This document shows, piece after piece, positions 1-9,581 of a DNA stretch of 64,000 nt. Both the position numbers and the translations under genes were made by a program. Below the pieces are notes generated by a model. The model did not search any database, had not been told where the DNA came from, and worked only from the letters and a program-made list of their open reading frames with translations. The number at the start of each line of letters is the position of its first letter. Position 1 is the first letter of the stretch. Source of the stretch: Miltoncostaeaceae bacterium (GTDB lineage Bacteria; Actinomycetota; Thermoleophilia; Miltoncostaeales; Miltoncostaeaceae); assembly GCA_963834875.1 (NCBI GenBank), contig CAWIDG010000025.1, positions 61,593 to 125,592 of the forward strand. Reading direction: 5' to 3'.

Positions 1-966
1 CCGCCCCCGGGCCCGGCGGCGAGCTCACCCTCGGCTTCCACGCCCGCGGGCGCTGGGACGAGGTCATCGACGTCGAGGCCTGCCTGCTCGCCACGCCGCT
101 CGGCAACGCGGTGCGCGAGACGGTGCGGGCGGCGGCGGCCGAGGCCGGCCTCGCGCCCTACGACCAGCGGGCCCACGCCGGCGTCCTCCGGCACGTCGTC
201 GTGCGCGAGGGCATCGCCACCGGCCAGGTGCTGGTGACGCTGGTGACCGCCGCCGGGGCCGAGGAGGGCGTCAACGCTGTCGCGGCGCGCCTGGCCCGGG
301 CGCACCCCGAGCTCGTCGGGGTGCTCCACGCGGTCAACGCCGGGGTCGCCGAGACGACCGCCGGTCATCCGACCCGGGTCGTGGCGGGCCGCGACTGGCT
401 GGAGGAGCGGGTCCTCGGGACGACGCTGCGCCTGTCGGCGGGCTCCTTCTTCCAGACCAACACGCGCATGGCCGAGCGCCTCTACGAGCGCGTGGCCGAG
501 GCGGCCGGCCTCGACGGCTCCCAGGTGCTCTACGACCTGTTCTCCGGCGCCGGCAGCATCGGCGTCGTGCTCGCCCCCGGGGCGCGCGAGGTCGTGGCGA
601 TCGACGTCGTCCCGGAGGCGGTGGCCGACGCCGAGCGCAACGCCGCCGCCAACGGCCTGGCCAACCACACGGCGCTCCGCGGCGACGTCGGCGTCGTCCT
701 GCGCGAGCGCCGCGGCGAGCTCCCGCCGCGCGGACGTCGCCGTGGTGGACCCGCCGCGCGCGGGGCTCTCGGGGCGCGCGATCCGGCGGGTGTTGGAGCT
801 CGCCCCGGCGACGCTCGTCTACGTCTCCTGCCAGCCGGCCACCTTCGCCGACAACGCCGCCCGCCTCGTCGAGGGGGGCTACCGGCTGGAGTGGGTCCGC
901 CCGGTCAACATGTTCCCCCAGACGCCCCACATCGAGGCGGTCGCGCGCTTCACCCGTGAGCGCTGA
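1..966 (+). CDS. RumA/TrmA-family rRNA (uracil-5-)-methyltransferase, 5'-partial, apparent frameshift near 730
   Basis: The open frame from nt 3 reads LGFHARGRWDEVIDVEACLL...SFFQTN...LYDLFSGAGSIG. The SAM-MTase motifs VVDPPRAGL, YVSCQP and VNMFPQTPHIE continue in the +1 frame (ORF 742..966). The junction lies at about 727-733. Confidence 0.8.
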
Positions 967-996
967 CCGCTCCGGCCGCGGCACACCCCCGCCGGC

Positions 997-2016
997 CTAG
1001 TACGGACTGGCCGTTCGGCCGCACCGCGCCGGCGAGCGCGGCCGAGGTAGGCGCCGACGGCGTTGGCCGGCCCGGTGACCGCCGCCGGGCCGACCGTGAT
1101 GCGCGCGACCCGGCCCGGGTCAGCGCTGTGGACGAACCAGATCGCTCCGTCAGGCCCCGCCGTGATCCCGATCGGGGAGCCGTTCGGGCTGAAGCCCGGC
1201 GTACGCCGCCGGTGAACTCCCTGACCTCGCCGGAGGGCGTGATGCGGGCCACGCGCCCGGGGCTGAGCGTCAGCGTAAACCAGAGGTTGCCGTCGGGACC
1301 GGCGGTGATGTTGTTGGGCAGGGCGTTCGGCGTGAAGCCTGGGACGACGCCGGCAGTGAACTCGGTGACCTGGCCGGCCGGGGTGATCCGCCCGATCCGG
1401 CCGGGCGGCGACGCCTGGGTGAACCACAGGTTGCCGTCGGGGCCGGCCGCGATGTCGGCCGGGCCGCTGCCGGCGCTAAAGCCCGGCGTGACGCCGCCGG
1501 TGAACTCGGTGACCTGGCCGGCCGGCGTGATCCGCGCAATCCGCCCCGGCGCGAACGACATCGCCATCCAGAGGTTGCCGTCGGGGCCGCTCGTGATCCC
1601 GTTGGGTCCGGCGTTGGCGCTGAACCCCGGCGTCGAGCCGCCGGTCAGCTCGGCCGCCTCGAAGGTCGGCGTGATCCGGACCACCCGGCCCGGGTTGAGG
1701 CCGAGCGTGAGCCAGACGTTCCCGTCGGGCCCGGCGGTGAGCTCCGTCGGTGCGCCGTTCGCGCTGAAGCCGGGGAAGCCGGCGGTCAGCTGGCCGACGC
1801 CGGCGGTGAGGCGGCCGACGCCCCCGGGGTTGGCCTGCTGGGCGAACCAGATCGGCCCGTCGGGCCCGGCGGCGATCCCCAGCGGCTCCCGGTCGACGGG
1901 GAAGCCCGACGTGAGGCCGCCGACGAACTCGGTCACCCCCGGCTGGCCCGGCGTAATGCGACCCACCCGTCCGGGGTCGTTGAGCTGGGTGAACCAGACG
2001 TTGCCGTCGTTTCCGG
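997..2016 (-). pseudogene. Vgb (virginiamycin B lyase)-like 7-bladed beta-propeller repeat protein, truncated and frameshifted
   Basis: Seven tandem ~42-aa blades (ITAGPDGNLWFT..GRIGRITPAGxVTEFT) lie in ORF 950..2737 and continue in ORF 879..1427 after a frame change at ~1203. No in-frame start exists downstream of the AKR stop at 2017. The tail is split over three frames. Confidence 0.6.
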
Positions 2017-3012
2017 TCAGCGCTCGCTGTCGAGCTCCGCCATCAGCGGCTCGGCGTAGCGGGCGCCGGCGGCGGCGGCGGCCGGGACGGCGCCCTCGAT
2101 GCGGGCGAGGTCGTCGGCCGAAAGCTCGACGCCGAGGGCGTCCAACGCCTCGTCGAGCCGCTCGCGCGTCCGCGCGCCGACCAGGGGGACGATGTCGTCG
2201 CCGCGCGAGAGCACCCAGGCGATCGCCGCCTGGGCCACCGTGATCCCGCGCCCCTCGGCGACGGCGCGCAGCGCCTCCACGAGGTCCAGGTTGCGGGCGA
2301 GGTTCTCGCCCTGGAAGCGCGGCGAGTGGGCCCGGAAGTCCCCGCCGTCGAGCGCGCGATCGCGGGTCCAGTGGCCGCTCAGGAGGCCCCGGGACAGCAC
2401 GCCGTAGGCCGTGATCCCGATCCCCAGCTCCCGGCACGCCGGCAGGATCTCGTCCTCGATCCCGCGCGAGATCAGCGAGTACTCGATCTGCAGGTCGGCG
2501 ATGGGATGGACGGCCGCCGCTCGCCGGAGCGTCTCGGCGCCGACCTCCGACAGGCCGATGTGGCGCACGTGGCCCGCCGCCACCATCTCGGCGATCGCGC
2601 CCACGGTCTCCTCGACCGGGACCGCCGGGTCGAGCCGCGCCGGCCGGTAGACGTCCACGTGGTCCGTGCCCAGCCGCGACAGCGTGTGGCCGAGGAAGTT
2701 CTTCACCGCGCCCGGGCGGGCGTTGACGCCGAGCCACCCGCCCGCCGGGTCGCGCAGCGCGCCGAACTTCACGCTGATCAGCACGTCGTCGCGCCGGCGG
2801 TCGCGTAGGGCGCGCGCGATCAGGAGCTCGTTGCGCCCATGCCCGTAGAAGTCGCCCGTGTCGAGCAGCGACATGCCGGCGTCGATCGCCGCGTGGATCG
2901 TGGCGATGCTCTCGGCCTCGTCGGCCGGCCCGTAGAGGCTCGACATCCCCATGCAGCCCAGCCCGATCGCGGAGGTCCGCGGGCCGGTCGCCCCGAGCGT
3001 CCTCGTGTCCAT
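2017..3012 (-). CDS. aldo/keto reductase (331 aa)
   Basis: [24 protein letters not shown]...DTGDFYGHGRNE...HVDVYRPARLDP...IGLSEV...RFQGENL is a typical AKR signature. The ATG at 3012 is preceded by GGGAGAGGAA. Confidence 0.9.
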   Translation of the reverse strand: MDTRTLGATGPRTSAIGLGCMGMSSLYGPADEAESIATIHAAIDAGMSLLDTGDFYGHGRNELLIARALRDRRRDDVLISVKFGALRDPAGGWLGVNARPGAVKNFLGHTLSRLGTDHVDVYRPARLDPAVPVEETVGAIAEMVAAGHVRHIGLSEVGAETLRRAAAVHPIADLQIEYSLISRGIEDEILPACRELGIGITAYGVLSRGLLSGHWTRDRALDGGDFRAHSPRFQGENLARNLDLVEALRAVAEGRGITVAQAAIAWVLSRGDDIVPLVGARTRERLDEALDALGVELSADDLARIEGAVPAAAAAGARYAEPLMAELDSER

Positions 3013-3108
3013 TTCCTCTCCCGTCTCCCGAGTCGCCTGGGATGATTGATCCGATGGCCGGTCGTGTGAAACGCCGATCGGCGGTGGAGCCACCACCGCG
3101 AGGCGTCG

Positions 3109-3984
3109 ATGCCTGAGCTGCGCCAGCTGCGCGCCTTCGTCGCCGTCGCCCAGGAGCTGAACTTCACCCGCGCGGCGGAGCGGCTGCACCTGGGCCAGCA
3201 GGCCGTCTCGAAGTCGGTGCGCCAGCTCGAGCGCGAGCTCGGCGTGACGCTGCTGGAGCGCACGACCCGCGAGGTGCGGCTCACGCAGGCCGGGCTGGCG
3301 CTGCTCGACGGGGCCACCAGGGCCCTGGACGCCGCCGACGCGGCCGTCGCCCGGGCCCGCGAGGTCGGCCGGGGGACGGCGGGCACGGCGCTGGTCGGCG
3401 TCACGCCCGCGATCGGGGCGGGCGAGCGCGACGACATCGTGCGGGCCCTCCGCCACGGGGCGTCCGACCTGTCGGTCTCGTTCCACGACCTCCGTCCAGG
3501 CGAGGTCGGGGCGGCGCTCCGCTCGGGCGGCGTCGAGCTGGTGGTGGCGCGGACCGCACCCCCCGACGCCGAGCTGGAAGCGGCGCCGCTGCGCCCCACC
3601 CCGGCCGAGTTGCGCGTTCCCGCCGGGCACCGGCTGGCGGGCGGCAACGAGGTGGCGCTCGCGGAACTCGACCGCGAGCGGCTGCTCACGTGGAGCCCCC
3701 CCGGGACGGCCTACACCGACATGCTCCTCGCGACGGTCGCGGGCGCGGGCGGCCGCGTGACGCCCGTCGAGGCGCACATCACGGGCGGCTCGTCGCTCGC
3801 CGAGCTCGCCGAGACCGGCGCCGTCGCGCTCGTGCCGGTCGGATGGCCGGACACGGCCGGCACGGTCGCCGTCGCGCTCGCCGACGACGTCCGCCTGCCG
3901 CTCGTCGCGCTGTGGCGGCCGGGCCCCGCCCCGCCGGCCGTCCGCCGGCTGCTCGCCGGGATGGGGGCGTCAGCGGATCAGTAG
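3109..3984 (+). CDS. LysR-family transcriptional regulator
   Basis: The N-terminal wHTH reads MPELRQLRAFVAVAQELNFTRAAERLHLGQQAVSKSVRQLERELGVTLLERTTREVRLTQAG. The gene is divergent from the AKR gene. Confidence 0.9.
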   Translation: MPELRQLRAFVAVAQELNFTRAAERLHLGQQAVSKSVRQLERELGVTLLERTTREVRLTQAGLALLDGATRALDAADAAVARAREVGRGTAGTALVGVTPAIGAGERDDIVRALRHGASDLSVSFHDLRPGEVGAALRSGGVELVVARTAPPDAELEAAPLRPTPAELRVPAGHRLAGGNEVALAELDRERLLTWSPPGTAYTDMLLATVAGAGGRVTPVEAHITGGSSLAELAETGAVALVPVGWPDTAGTVAVALADDVRLPLVALWRPGPAPPAVRRLLAGMGASADQ

Positions 3985-4658
3985 GGCGGCTGGGCCTGGT
4001 GCCAGTCGCCGACGGCCCGGAACGCCTCCCAGAAGGCCCGCTTGGAGCTCTGCTCGTCGAGCGAGGTGTCGATGTCGGGGACGTAGATCGCGTCGATCGT
4101 GGGCGTCCAGCGCCGGACGGCGCCCGGCTCGGCGACCAGCGGCTCGGAGAGGGGGAACGCGAGGCCGTTGAGGGTCTCCAGCACCTGCTCGCCCATCGGC
4201 ACGATGAGCTTCGGCTGGACGATCTGCAGCTCCTGGGCCAGCCACGCCGGACAGAGGCGCGCCGCCTCGGCGGGGTCGAGGTGCGTGCACTTCACGCAGA
4301 GGGTCCCGTAGAGCATCAGGGGGTCGATGCCGAGGCGTTGCACGCTCTTGAGGATCGCGGAGCCCGCCCGGCCGAAGAACGCGACGCCCTCCTGGCGCTC
4401 GGAGAGGCTGGCGGTCCACTTGATCAGCATGATCTCGGCCTGGGGCGAGCCGGAGCTCATGACCGGCAGCTCGGCGTCCGGGCGGCAGCGCTCGCAGGCG
4501 GTGATGGCGTCGTTGAGCGCGGCGATCTCGGCGATCGCGCGGCGCTGGTACGCGTCCTGGATGTCCTCCGGGCTCGCGCCGCCGACGCCGGCGCCCGGCG
4601 CACGGCGGCTGCCTCGCGAGCGCCGGGTCGAGCGCGGGGTGGATGGGTCAGGGCTCAT
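3978..4658 (-). CDS. uracil-DNA glycosylase superfamily protein (family 4/5-like)
   Basis: CERCRP...SPQAEIMLIKWTASLSERQEGVAFFGRAGSILKSV...LYGTLCVKC...PMGEQ shows the UDG-fold layout. The catalytic motif is atypical. Confidence 0.65.
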   Translation of the reverse strand: MSPDPSTPRSTRRSRGSRRAPGAGVGGASPEDIQDAYQRRAIAEIAALNDAITACERCRPDAELPVMSSGSPQAEIMLIKWTASLSERQEGVAFFGRAGSAILKSVQRLGIDPLMLYGTLCVKCTHLDPAEAARLCPAWLAQELQIVQPKLIVPMGEQVLETLNGLAFPLSEPLVAEPGAVRRWTPTIDAIYVPDIDTSLDEQSSKRAFWEAFRAVGDWHQAQPPY

Positions 4659-4709
4659 GGCCGACGGTCCTCTTTGGCGGGTCCGACGCTACTCCTGCCG
4701 GGGGGTGTT

Positions 4710-6524
4710 TCACGAGTCCGGAACGCGCCGGCCGCGCCGCCGGCCCTGCGGGGCACGGGCCCGGCGCCGGCGCGGCGGCCGCGCGAGGCGGGCCTCGCCG
4801 AGCGCGTCGAGGAAGTCGGAGGGCCCGTGGAAGGGGCGCAGCTCCGTGACCGCGGAGCCGACGTCCTCGGGGCGGACGGCCCCGCTGCCCGCGCAGCCGA
4901 GAACGCCCATCCGCTGGGCGATGCGGGCCGTCTCGTCCTCGGCCTGCCCCGGTGCCGCACCGCTGACGAGCTGGCGGCAGTCCACCTCGCCGCCGAGGCG
5001 CCGCAGCCCCTGCGCGGAGGGCGGCGGGGCGGGGCCGTCGGGGTGGGGCGCCATGACCACGCCCCCCTGCGCGTGAACGGCCGCGGCAGCCGCCTGGGGG
5101 TCGAGGCCGGGCTCCACGTCGCGCGTGAGGAAGAGCCCGATCAGCGCCCCGTCGGTCGTGGGGATCTCCTGGCCGATCACCACCGCGAGGTCGTCCGGGG
5201 CGGCGGCGGCAACGGCGAGGGCGGGCGCGATCCCGTCCGGCGAGGCCACGGCGACCGCCCCCAGGCCTCGCTCGCGGCACGCGGCGACGATCCGCTGGGG
5301 GGCGACATCGGCCGCCGGGCGCAGGCGCAGATCGGCGAGCACGCGGTCCTCCGCCGCCACCGCGCGCCGACCCGAGGACAGCGCCGTCCGATAGGCCGCC
5401 TCCAGGTCGGCGGCGACGTCGTCCCATCCGCGGCGACCCCGCGCCGCGGCCGCGCTGCCGAGGGCCGCGCGCCGGCGGCCGTCGACCGCCAGGTCGGCGA
5501 CCGCGGCGGACCACAGGTCGCGCGAGAAGGGCGGCAGGACGAGGGCCTCGACGCCGTGGCGGGCAGCCTCGTCGACCGCGGGGCACCGCGGCGCCAGCAC
5601 GGCGCACCCGGCGGCCATCGCCTCCCGCATCGCCGCGCCGGCAGCGTCCTCGGGCGCGACCATCACGGCGATCGCGCCCGGCGACAGGACCGCCGCGCGC
5701 GCCTCCGGGCCCGAGTCCGGGACGACCTCGACGCGATCGCGCAGGGCCTTCGGCACCGCCGCGCGGGTCCGCCAGGGCGCATCGGGCGGGCCGACGAGCG
5801 TCACCCGGCCGATCGTCTCCAGGTCGAGGGACCTGAGCATCCCGAGGGCGAAGCGGACGCCGGCCCGGTCGCGGCCGCGGGCCACGAGGGTCAGCGCCGG
5901 CGGGCCGGACCTCCGCCGGGCAGGGGGCGCGAGCAGCCCGAGGTCCACGCCGGGCGGGATCACGGCGTAGTCGCCGGGCAGGATCTCGGAGAGCGCCTCC
6001 GCCGCGGCCCGGGTGGTCGCCACGCGCAGGTCGGCCCGCGACAGCGCGCGGTCAACGAGCGGGCGCAGGAACGCGACCCCGGCGAGGGGCTCCGCGCGGT
6101 GGAAGGTGACGGCCGCCACGCCGTGCGCGTGGCGCAGGGCGGCCAGGGCGGGGCTCGGGGCGAGCGGCTCGTGCAGGTCAACGATGTCGAAGGCCGGCCG
6201 CGAGAGCGCGGCCTCGAGCGCCGTCACGAGGTCGAAGGGACCGCCGACGCGGCGGCCCGGACCGGCGGGGAGCGCGCGCCCCACCGCCACATCGCGCACC
6301 TCGCCCGGGGCCGCGACGACCGCCGAGGGGTCTCCGGCCTCGGCGGCGCGCAGCCGCGCCCTCCCGGCCGCGACGCGGTCGCGAGCCGTGGCGGGGGCGA
6401 GCACCGTCACGCCGTGCCCACGGCCCGCCAGCGCCCGGGCGACCTCGGCGACGTGGTGCGCGACCTCGTCGCGGGGCGGCGAGGGCAGCGGCGAGACGAG
6501 CGCGATGCGGAGGGGCCGGCTCAC
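4710..6524 (-). CDS. GT4-family glycosyltransferase fused to a C-terminal degenerate PHP-like domain (604 aa)
   Basis: The N-terminus RIALVSPLPSPP...GHGVTVLAP plus a C-terminal Rossmann half look GT4-like. The last ~200 aa align in pattern to PHP domains (GxEIxTxxGxLIGLFL, QGGVVMAPHP), but the HxH and GSDAH positions read RLR and GSGAV. The GTG start overlaps the upstream stop (GTGA). Confidence 0.75.
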   Translation of the reverse strand: MSRPLRIALVSPLPSPPRDEVAHHVAEVARALAGRGHGVTVLAPATARDRVAAGRARLRAAEAGDPSAVVAAPGEVRDVAVGRALPAGPGRRVGGPFDLVTALEAALSRPAFDIVDLHEPLAPSPALAALRHAHGVAAVTFHRAEPLAGVAFLRPLVDRALSRADLRVATTRAAAEALSEILPGDYAVIPPGVDLGLLAPPARRRSGPPALTLVARGRDRAGVRFALGMLRSLDLETIGRVTLVGPPDAPWRTRAAVPKALRDRVEVVPDSGPEARAAVLSPGAIAVMVAPEDAAGAAMREAMAAGCAVLAPRCPAVDEAARHGVEALVLPPFSRDLWSAAVADLAVDGRRRAALGSAAAARGRRGWDDVAADLEAAYRTALSSGRRAVAAEDRVLADLRLRPAADVAPQRIVAACRERGLGAVAVASPDGIAPALAVAAAAPDDLAVVIGQEIPTTDGALIGLFLTRDVEPGLDPQAAAAAVHAQGGVVMAPHPDGPAPPPSAQGLRRLGGEVDCRQLVSGAAPGQAEDETARIAQRMGVLGCAGSGAVRPEDVGSAVTELRPFHGPSDFLDALGEARLARPPRRRRARAPQGRRRGRRVPDS

Positions 6525-7165
6525 CGCGAGGCGTTGTGGACGAGCAGCATGCGGTGCCCGGCGGTCATGAGGCTCAGCCCGGCGAGGATGGCCATGCCGA
6601 CCGGCAGCACATCGCCCACGCCCCCGAGGAAGAGCGCGGCGCCCACGATCACGAGCCGCTCGGGCCGGCCCATCAGCCCGCCGCTCGAGCCGGGGATGCC
6701 GAGCCCCTCGGCGCGCGCGCGCGCGTAGGAGACGAGGAAGGAGGCCGTGAGGGCGACGAAGCAGGCCGCGAGCCCCCAGATGTCATCGTCCTGCGCGAGC
6801 GTGATCCCGATCGCGCCGATGATCACGCCCTCGGCGAGGCGGTCGAGCGTGGAGTCGAGGAACGCCCCGAAGGCCGTCACGCGGTTCTGGTAGCGCGCGA
6901 GCAGCCCGTCGAGGGAGTCGACCAGCCCGGAGGCGATGAACACCAGCGACGCGAGCACCCACCAGCGCGCGAGCGCGAGCCCCGCCGCGGCGCAGATGCC
7001 GAGGAAGCCGATGATCGTGACCGCGTTCGGCGTGATCCCGCTGCGGTCGACCAGCCGGAGCACCGCGCGCGACGGTCCCGACCTGCGACGCGGCGACGCG
7101 GCGTCAAGCTCCTGAAGCTCGGTGGCGATGTCCGCTCGCCCCTCGGGGGTTGGGGTCACGTGCAC
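6521..7165 (-). CDS. CDP-alcohol phosphatidyltransferase (PgsA/PIP-synthase-like)
   Basis: The motif DSLDGLLARYQNRVTAFGAFLDSTLDRLAE (D-G-x2-A-R-x8-G-x3-D-x3-D) and multiple TM segments are present. The start is uncertain (GTG at 7165 or 7159). Confidence 0.85.
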   Translation of the reverse strand: MHVTPTPEGRADIATELQELDAASPRRRSGPSRAVLRLVDRSGITPNAVTIIGFLGICAAAGLALARWWVLASLVFIASGLVDSLDGLLARYQNRVTAFGAFLDSTLDRLAEGVIIGAIGITLAQDDDIWGLAACFVALTASFLVSYARARAEGLGIPGSSGGLMGRPERLVIVGAALFLGGVGDVLPVGMAILAGLSLMTAGHRMLLVHNASR

Positions 7166-7202
7166 GGGGGCCCGCGCCCCGCCCCGACTAGGATAGCGGC
7201 GC

Positions 7203-7994
7203 ATGCGCCTGTGCACGTACCGCGACCGGGGCGGCTCGCGGCTGGGGTCGGTCGAGGACGGGTTCGTCGTGCCGCTCGCCGGCCGCGACGTGGCGGATGC
7301 CCTCTCCGGGACGCCCGAGCCCGCCGGCCCGGCGGTGCCCCTCGAGGGCCTGGAGCTCCTCGCGCCCCTCGCGCCGGGCAAGCTGATCGGCGTGGGGCTG
7401 AACTACCGCGACCACGCGGCCGAGACCGGCGCCGAGCTCCCGCGCGAGCCGCTGCTGTTCGCCAAGCTCCCGTCGTCCGTCACCTCCCCGGCCGGCGACG
7501 TCGTGCGGCCCGCCTACACCGACGAGCTCGACTACGAGGGCGAGCTCGCGGTGGTGATCGGCCGCAGGGCCCGTGACGTGGCGACCGGGAGCGCGCTCGA
7601 CCACGTCTTCGGCTACGCCGTGATGAACGACGTCACCGCCCGCGACCGCCAGCGCGCCGAGCCGCAGTGGGTGCGCGCCAAGGGCGGCGACACCTTCGCC
7701 CCCTTCGGGCCGTGGGTCACGACGGCGGACGAGGTCCCGGACCCCCAGGCGCTGGCGATCCGCACCACGGTGAACGGGGAGCTGCGCCAGGACGGGAGCA
7801 CCGCCGACATGGTCTTCTCCGTCGCCGCCCTCGTCGCCTGGTGCTCGGCGAGCTTCACCCTCGAGCCCGGCGACGTGATCACCACCGGCACGCCGGCGGG
7901 CGTCGGGGTCGCGCGGGGCTCCTTCCTGGCGCCCGGCGACCGGGTGCGGGTGGAGATCGAGGGGCTCGGCGCGCTCGAGAACACGGTGCGGTGA
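7203..7994 (+). CDS. fumarylacetoacetate hydrolase (FAH) family protein
   Basis: GVGLNYRDHAAE...PLLFAKLPSS...YEGELAVVIGR...NDVTARD...KGGDTFAPFGPW...PGDVITTGTPAGVG are the FAH-family signatures. Confidence 0.9.
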   Translation: MRLCTYRDRGGSRLGSVEDGFVVPLAGRDVADALSGTPEPAGPAVPLEGLELLAPLAPGKLIGVGLNYRDHAAETGAELPREPLLFAKLPSSVTSPAGDVVRPAYTDELDYEGELAVVIGRRARDVATGSALDHVFGYAVMNDVTARDRQRAEPQWVRAKGGDTFAPFGPWVTTADEVPDPQALAIRTTVNGELRQDGSTADMVFSVAALVAWCSASFTLEPGDVITTGTPAGVGVARGSFLAPGDRVRVEIEGLGALENTVR

Positions 7995-8749
7995 CCCCTG
8001 AGGAGGCCTTGCTGCGCGTGCTCGCCCTCACGGGGCTGGGCTTCCCGCGCGGGGTGCTCGGGCCGGAGATATGGGCGCTGGCGCGGGCGCTGTCCGAGGA
8101 GGGCGCTCCCGGCGCCGACCCGGCGGAGCTGGCCGAGGCGGCCGCGGAGGCCCACTGGCCGGAGCTGCGCGGCCCGATGGACGCGGCGCTCCGGCGCGGG
8201 GCGGCGGCGGCCGGGCCGGAGGACCGGGAGGCGTTCGCGATCGTCCTCCCGTGGGCTGCGGACGAGAGCCCCGACAACCCCCTGGCGCGCGCCCTCGCGG
8301 TCCGCGCCGCCACCGAGCTGGCGGCGGCGGACGCGCGGGCCCGGGAGCGCCTGCGCGCGGCCGAGGGGGCGATCGCGGAGGGTGGTCCCGGGGCGGCGAT
8401 CGCCGCCGCGACCGCCGCCGGCGCGATCGCCGCCGACCTCCTCGACCTCGACCCCGAGGACTTCGGCCAGGAGATCGCCACCTACGTCGAGGCCGGGCGC
8501 CGGCCCGAGGACATCGCCCAGCTCGCGCGCTCGACCGGGGACCCGGAGATCCGCGCCTGGGCGCGCGGCGCCGTGGCGGCCGCCGACGACGGCGAGGCAC
8601 CCGCGGCCGCCGCCGGGGTGCGCCACCTGGCGTCCGGCCCGCCGCCGGAGGACCCCGCCGAGGACCTCGTGTGGGTGCCGACGATCCTCTCGCTGGCCGA
8701 GGAGGCCATCGAGCGGGCGCTCGTGGACGAGGCCGGGGACGCGGCCTAG
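7991..8749 (+). CDS. hypothetical Ala/Glu/Asp-rich protein
   Basis: The GTG overlaps the FAH stop (GTGA). The composition is non-random (WPELRGPMD, EDFGQEIATYVEAGRRPEDIAQLARSTGDPEIRAW). I recognise no family. Confidence 0.5.
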   Translation: MTPEEALLRVLALTGLGFPRGVLGPEIWALARALSEEGAPGADPAELAEAAAEAHWPELRGPMDAALRRGAAAAGPEDREAFAIVLPWAADESPDNPLARALAVRAATELAAADARARERLRAAEGAIAEGGPGAAIAAATAAGAIAADLLDLDPEDFGQEIATYVEAGRRPEDIAQLARSTGDPEIRAWARGAVAAADDGEAPAAAAGVRHLASGPPPEDPAEDLVWVPTILSLAEEAIERALVDEAGDAA

Positions 8750-8756
8750 GGCCTGC

Positions 8757-9581
8757 TCAGGTCGCGCGCAGCTGGCCTGACCGCGGCGAGCGCAGGTTGG
8801 GCCGCAGGCCCGCCTCGGCGAAGCCGGCGCGCAGCATGTTGCGGTAGGAGGGGCCCGGAGCCTCGTCGCCGACGGGCGCGCCCGTCTCCGTCGCGACCTC
8901 CCGGAGGCCGAGCCGCTCGGCGCGCCGCAGCCGCTCGGCGAACAGCGCGCCCTGGGCCCCGCGCCCGCGATGCTCCGGGAGGGTGGCGCCGAAGCCGAGC
9001 CAGCCGCTGTCGCCGTGGGCGAAGAGGGCCGCCGCGCCGACCGGCTCGCCGCGGTCGAGCGCGACCAGGCAGGTCCAGCCCGGGCGGCCCACGAGGGCGC
9101 CCATCCAGGCCGAGAAGTCGGGGGGCATCTCGAACGCGGCCGCGACGATGCTCCCGAACTCCGACGCGCGGGACGGCCCGGCGTCCTGGATCGTCAGTCC
9201 GTCGCGGGCGCCGGCGCCCGGCCGGCCTCGCGCCTGAACCTCATCCACGGCCGGCCCGCCTCGAAGCCCCGCCGCGCCAGCCGCTCGCCGAGGCCCGGCG
9301 CCTCGGGGTCCACGGCGATCGAGTACGCGGCCCCGACGCGGCGGTAGAAGCCGCTCGAGCTCGTCGAGCTCGGCCTCGCCCGCCGGCGCGGTGACGCCGA
9401 GGCCGATCGCGTGGTTGACGACCGGCGTCCCGGACAGGGAGGCGCATGCCAGGCAGACGCCTCCGGCGAGGTCGAGGTGCGCGACGCCGTGGCGCTCGGC
9501 GAGGGCGGGCGGCACCGCCGACCAGAGGTCGCGGAAGGCGGCCACCTCGGCCGCGACGGGCGGAGCGGCGATCACGCCCAC
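8757..9581 (-). CDS. GNAT-family N-acetyltransferase with an internal out-of-frame segment
   Basis: The C-terminal half (LVALDRGEPVGAAALFAHGDSGWLGFGATLPEHRGRGAQGALFAERL) is GNAT. Residues encoded by ~9200-9350 only look GNAT-like in the -1 frame (FYRRVGAAYSIAVDPEAPGLGERLARRGFEAGRPWMRF). Confidence 0.75.
   Translation of the reverse strand: MGVIAAPPVAAEVAAFRDLWSAVPPALAERHGVAHLDLAGGVCLACASLSGTPVVNHAIGLGVTAPAGEAELDELERLLPPRRGRVLDRRGPRGAGPRRAAGAAGLRGGPAVDEVQARGRPGAGARDGLTIQDAGPSRASEFGSIVAAAFEMPPDFSAWMGALVGRPGWTCLVALDRGEPVGAAALFAHGDSGWLGFGATLPEHRGRGAQGALFAERLRRAERLGLREVATETGAPVGDEAPGPSYRNMLRAGFAEAGLRPNLRSPRSGQLRAT

Noticed and set aside
1128-2243. A 371-aa plus-strand ORF with a striking periodic PSGP...VNS repeat.
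   Set aside because: The periodicity is simply the antisense reading of the seven Vgb-like blades on the minus strand.
3690-6728. A 1012-aa ORF on the plus strand. Similar giants lie at 27312..30266 (+), 35765..38191 (+), 43881..46475 (+), 44083..46776 (-), 60513..63086 (+) and 31867..33951 (-).
   Set aside because: Their translations are Arg/Gly/Pro/Ala-rich with no motifs. They lie antisense to, or out of frame with, clearly conserved genes. This is typical of open frames in very high-GC DNA. Parts of 27312..30266 merely pass through the real kinase and DegT frames.
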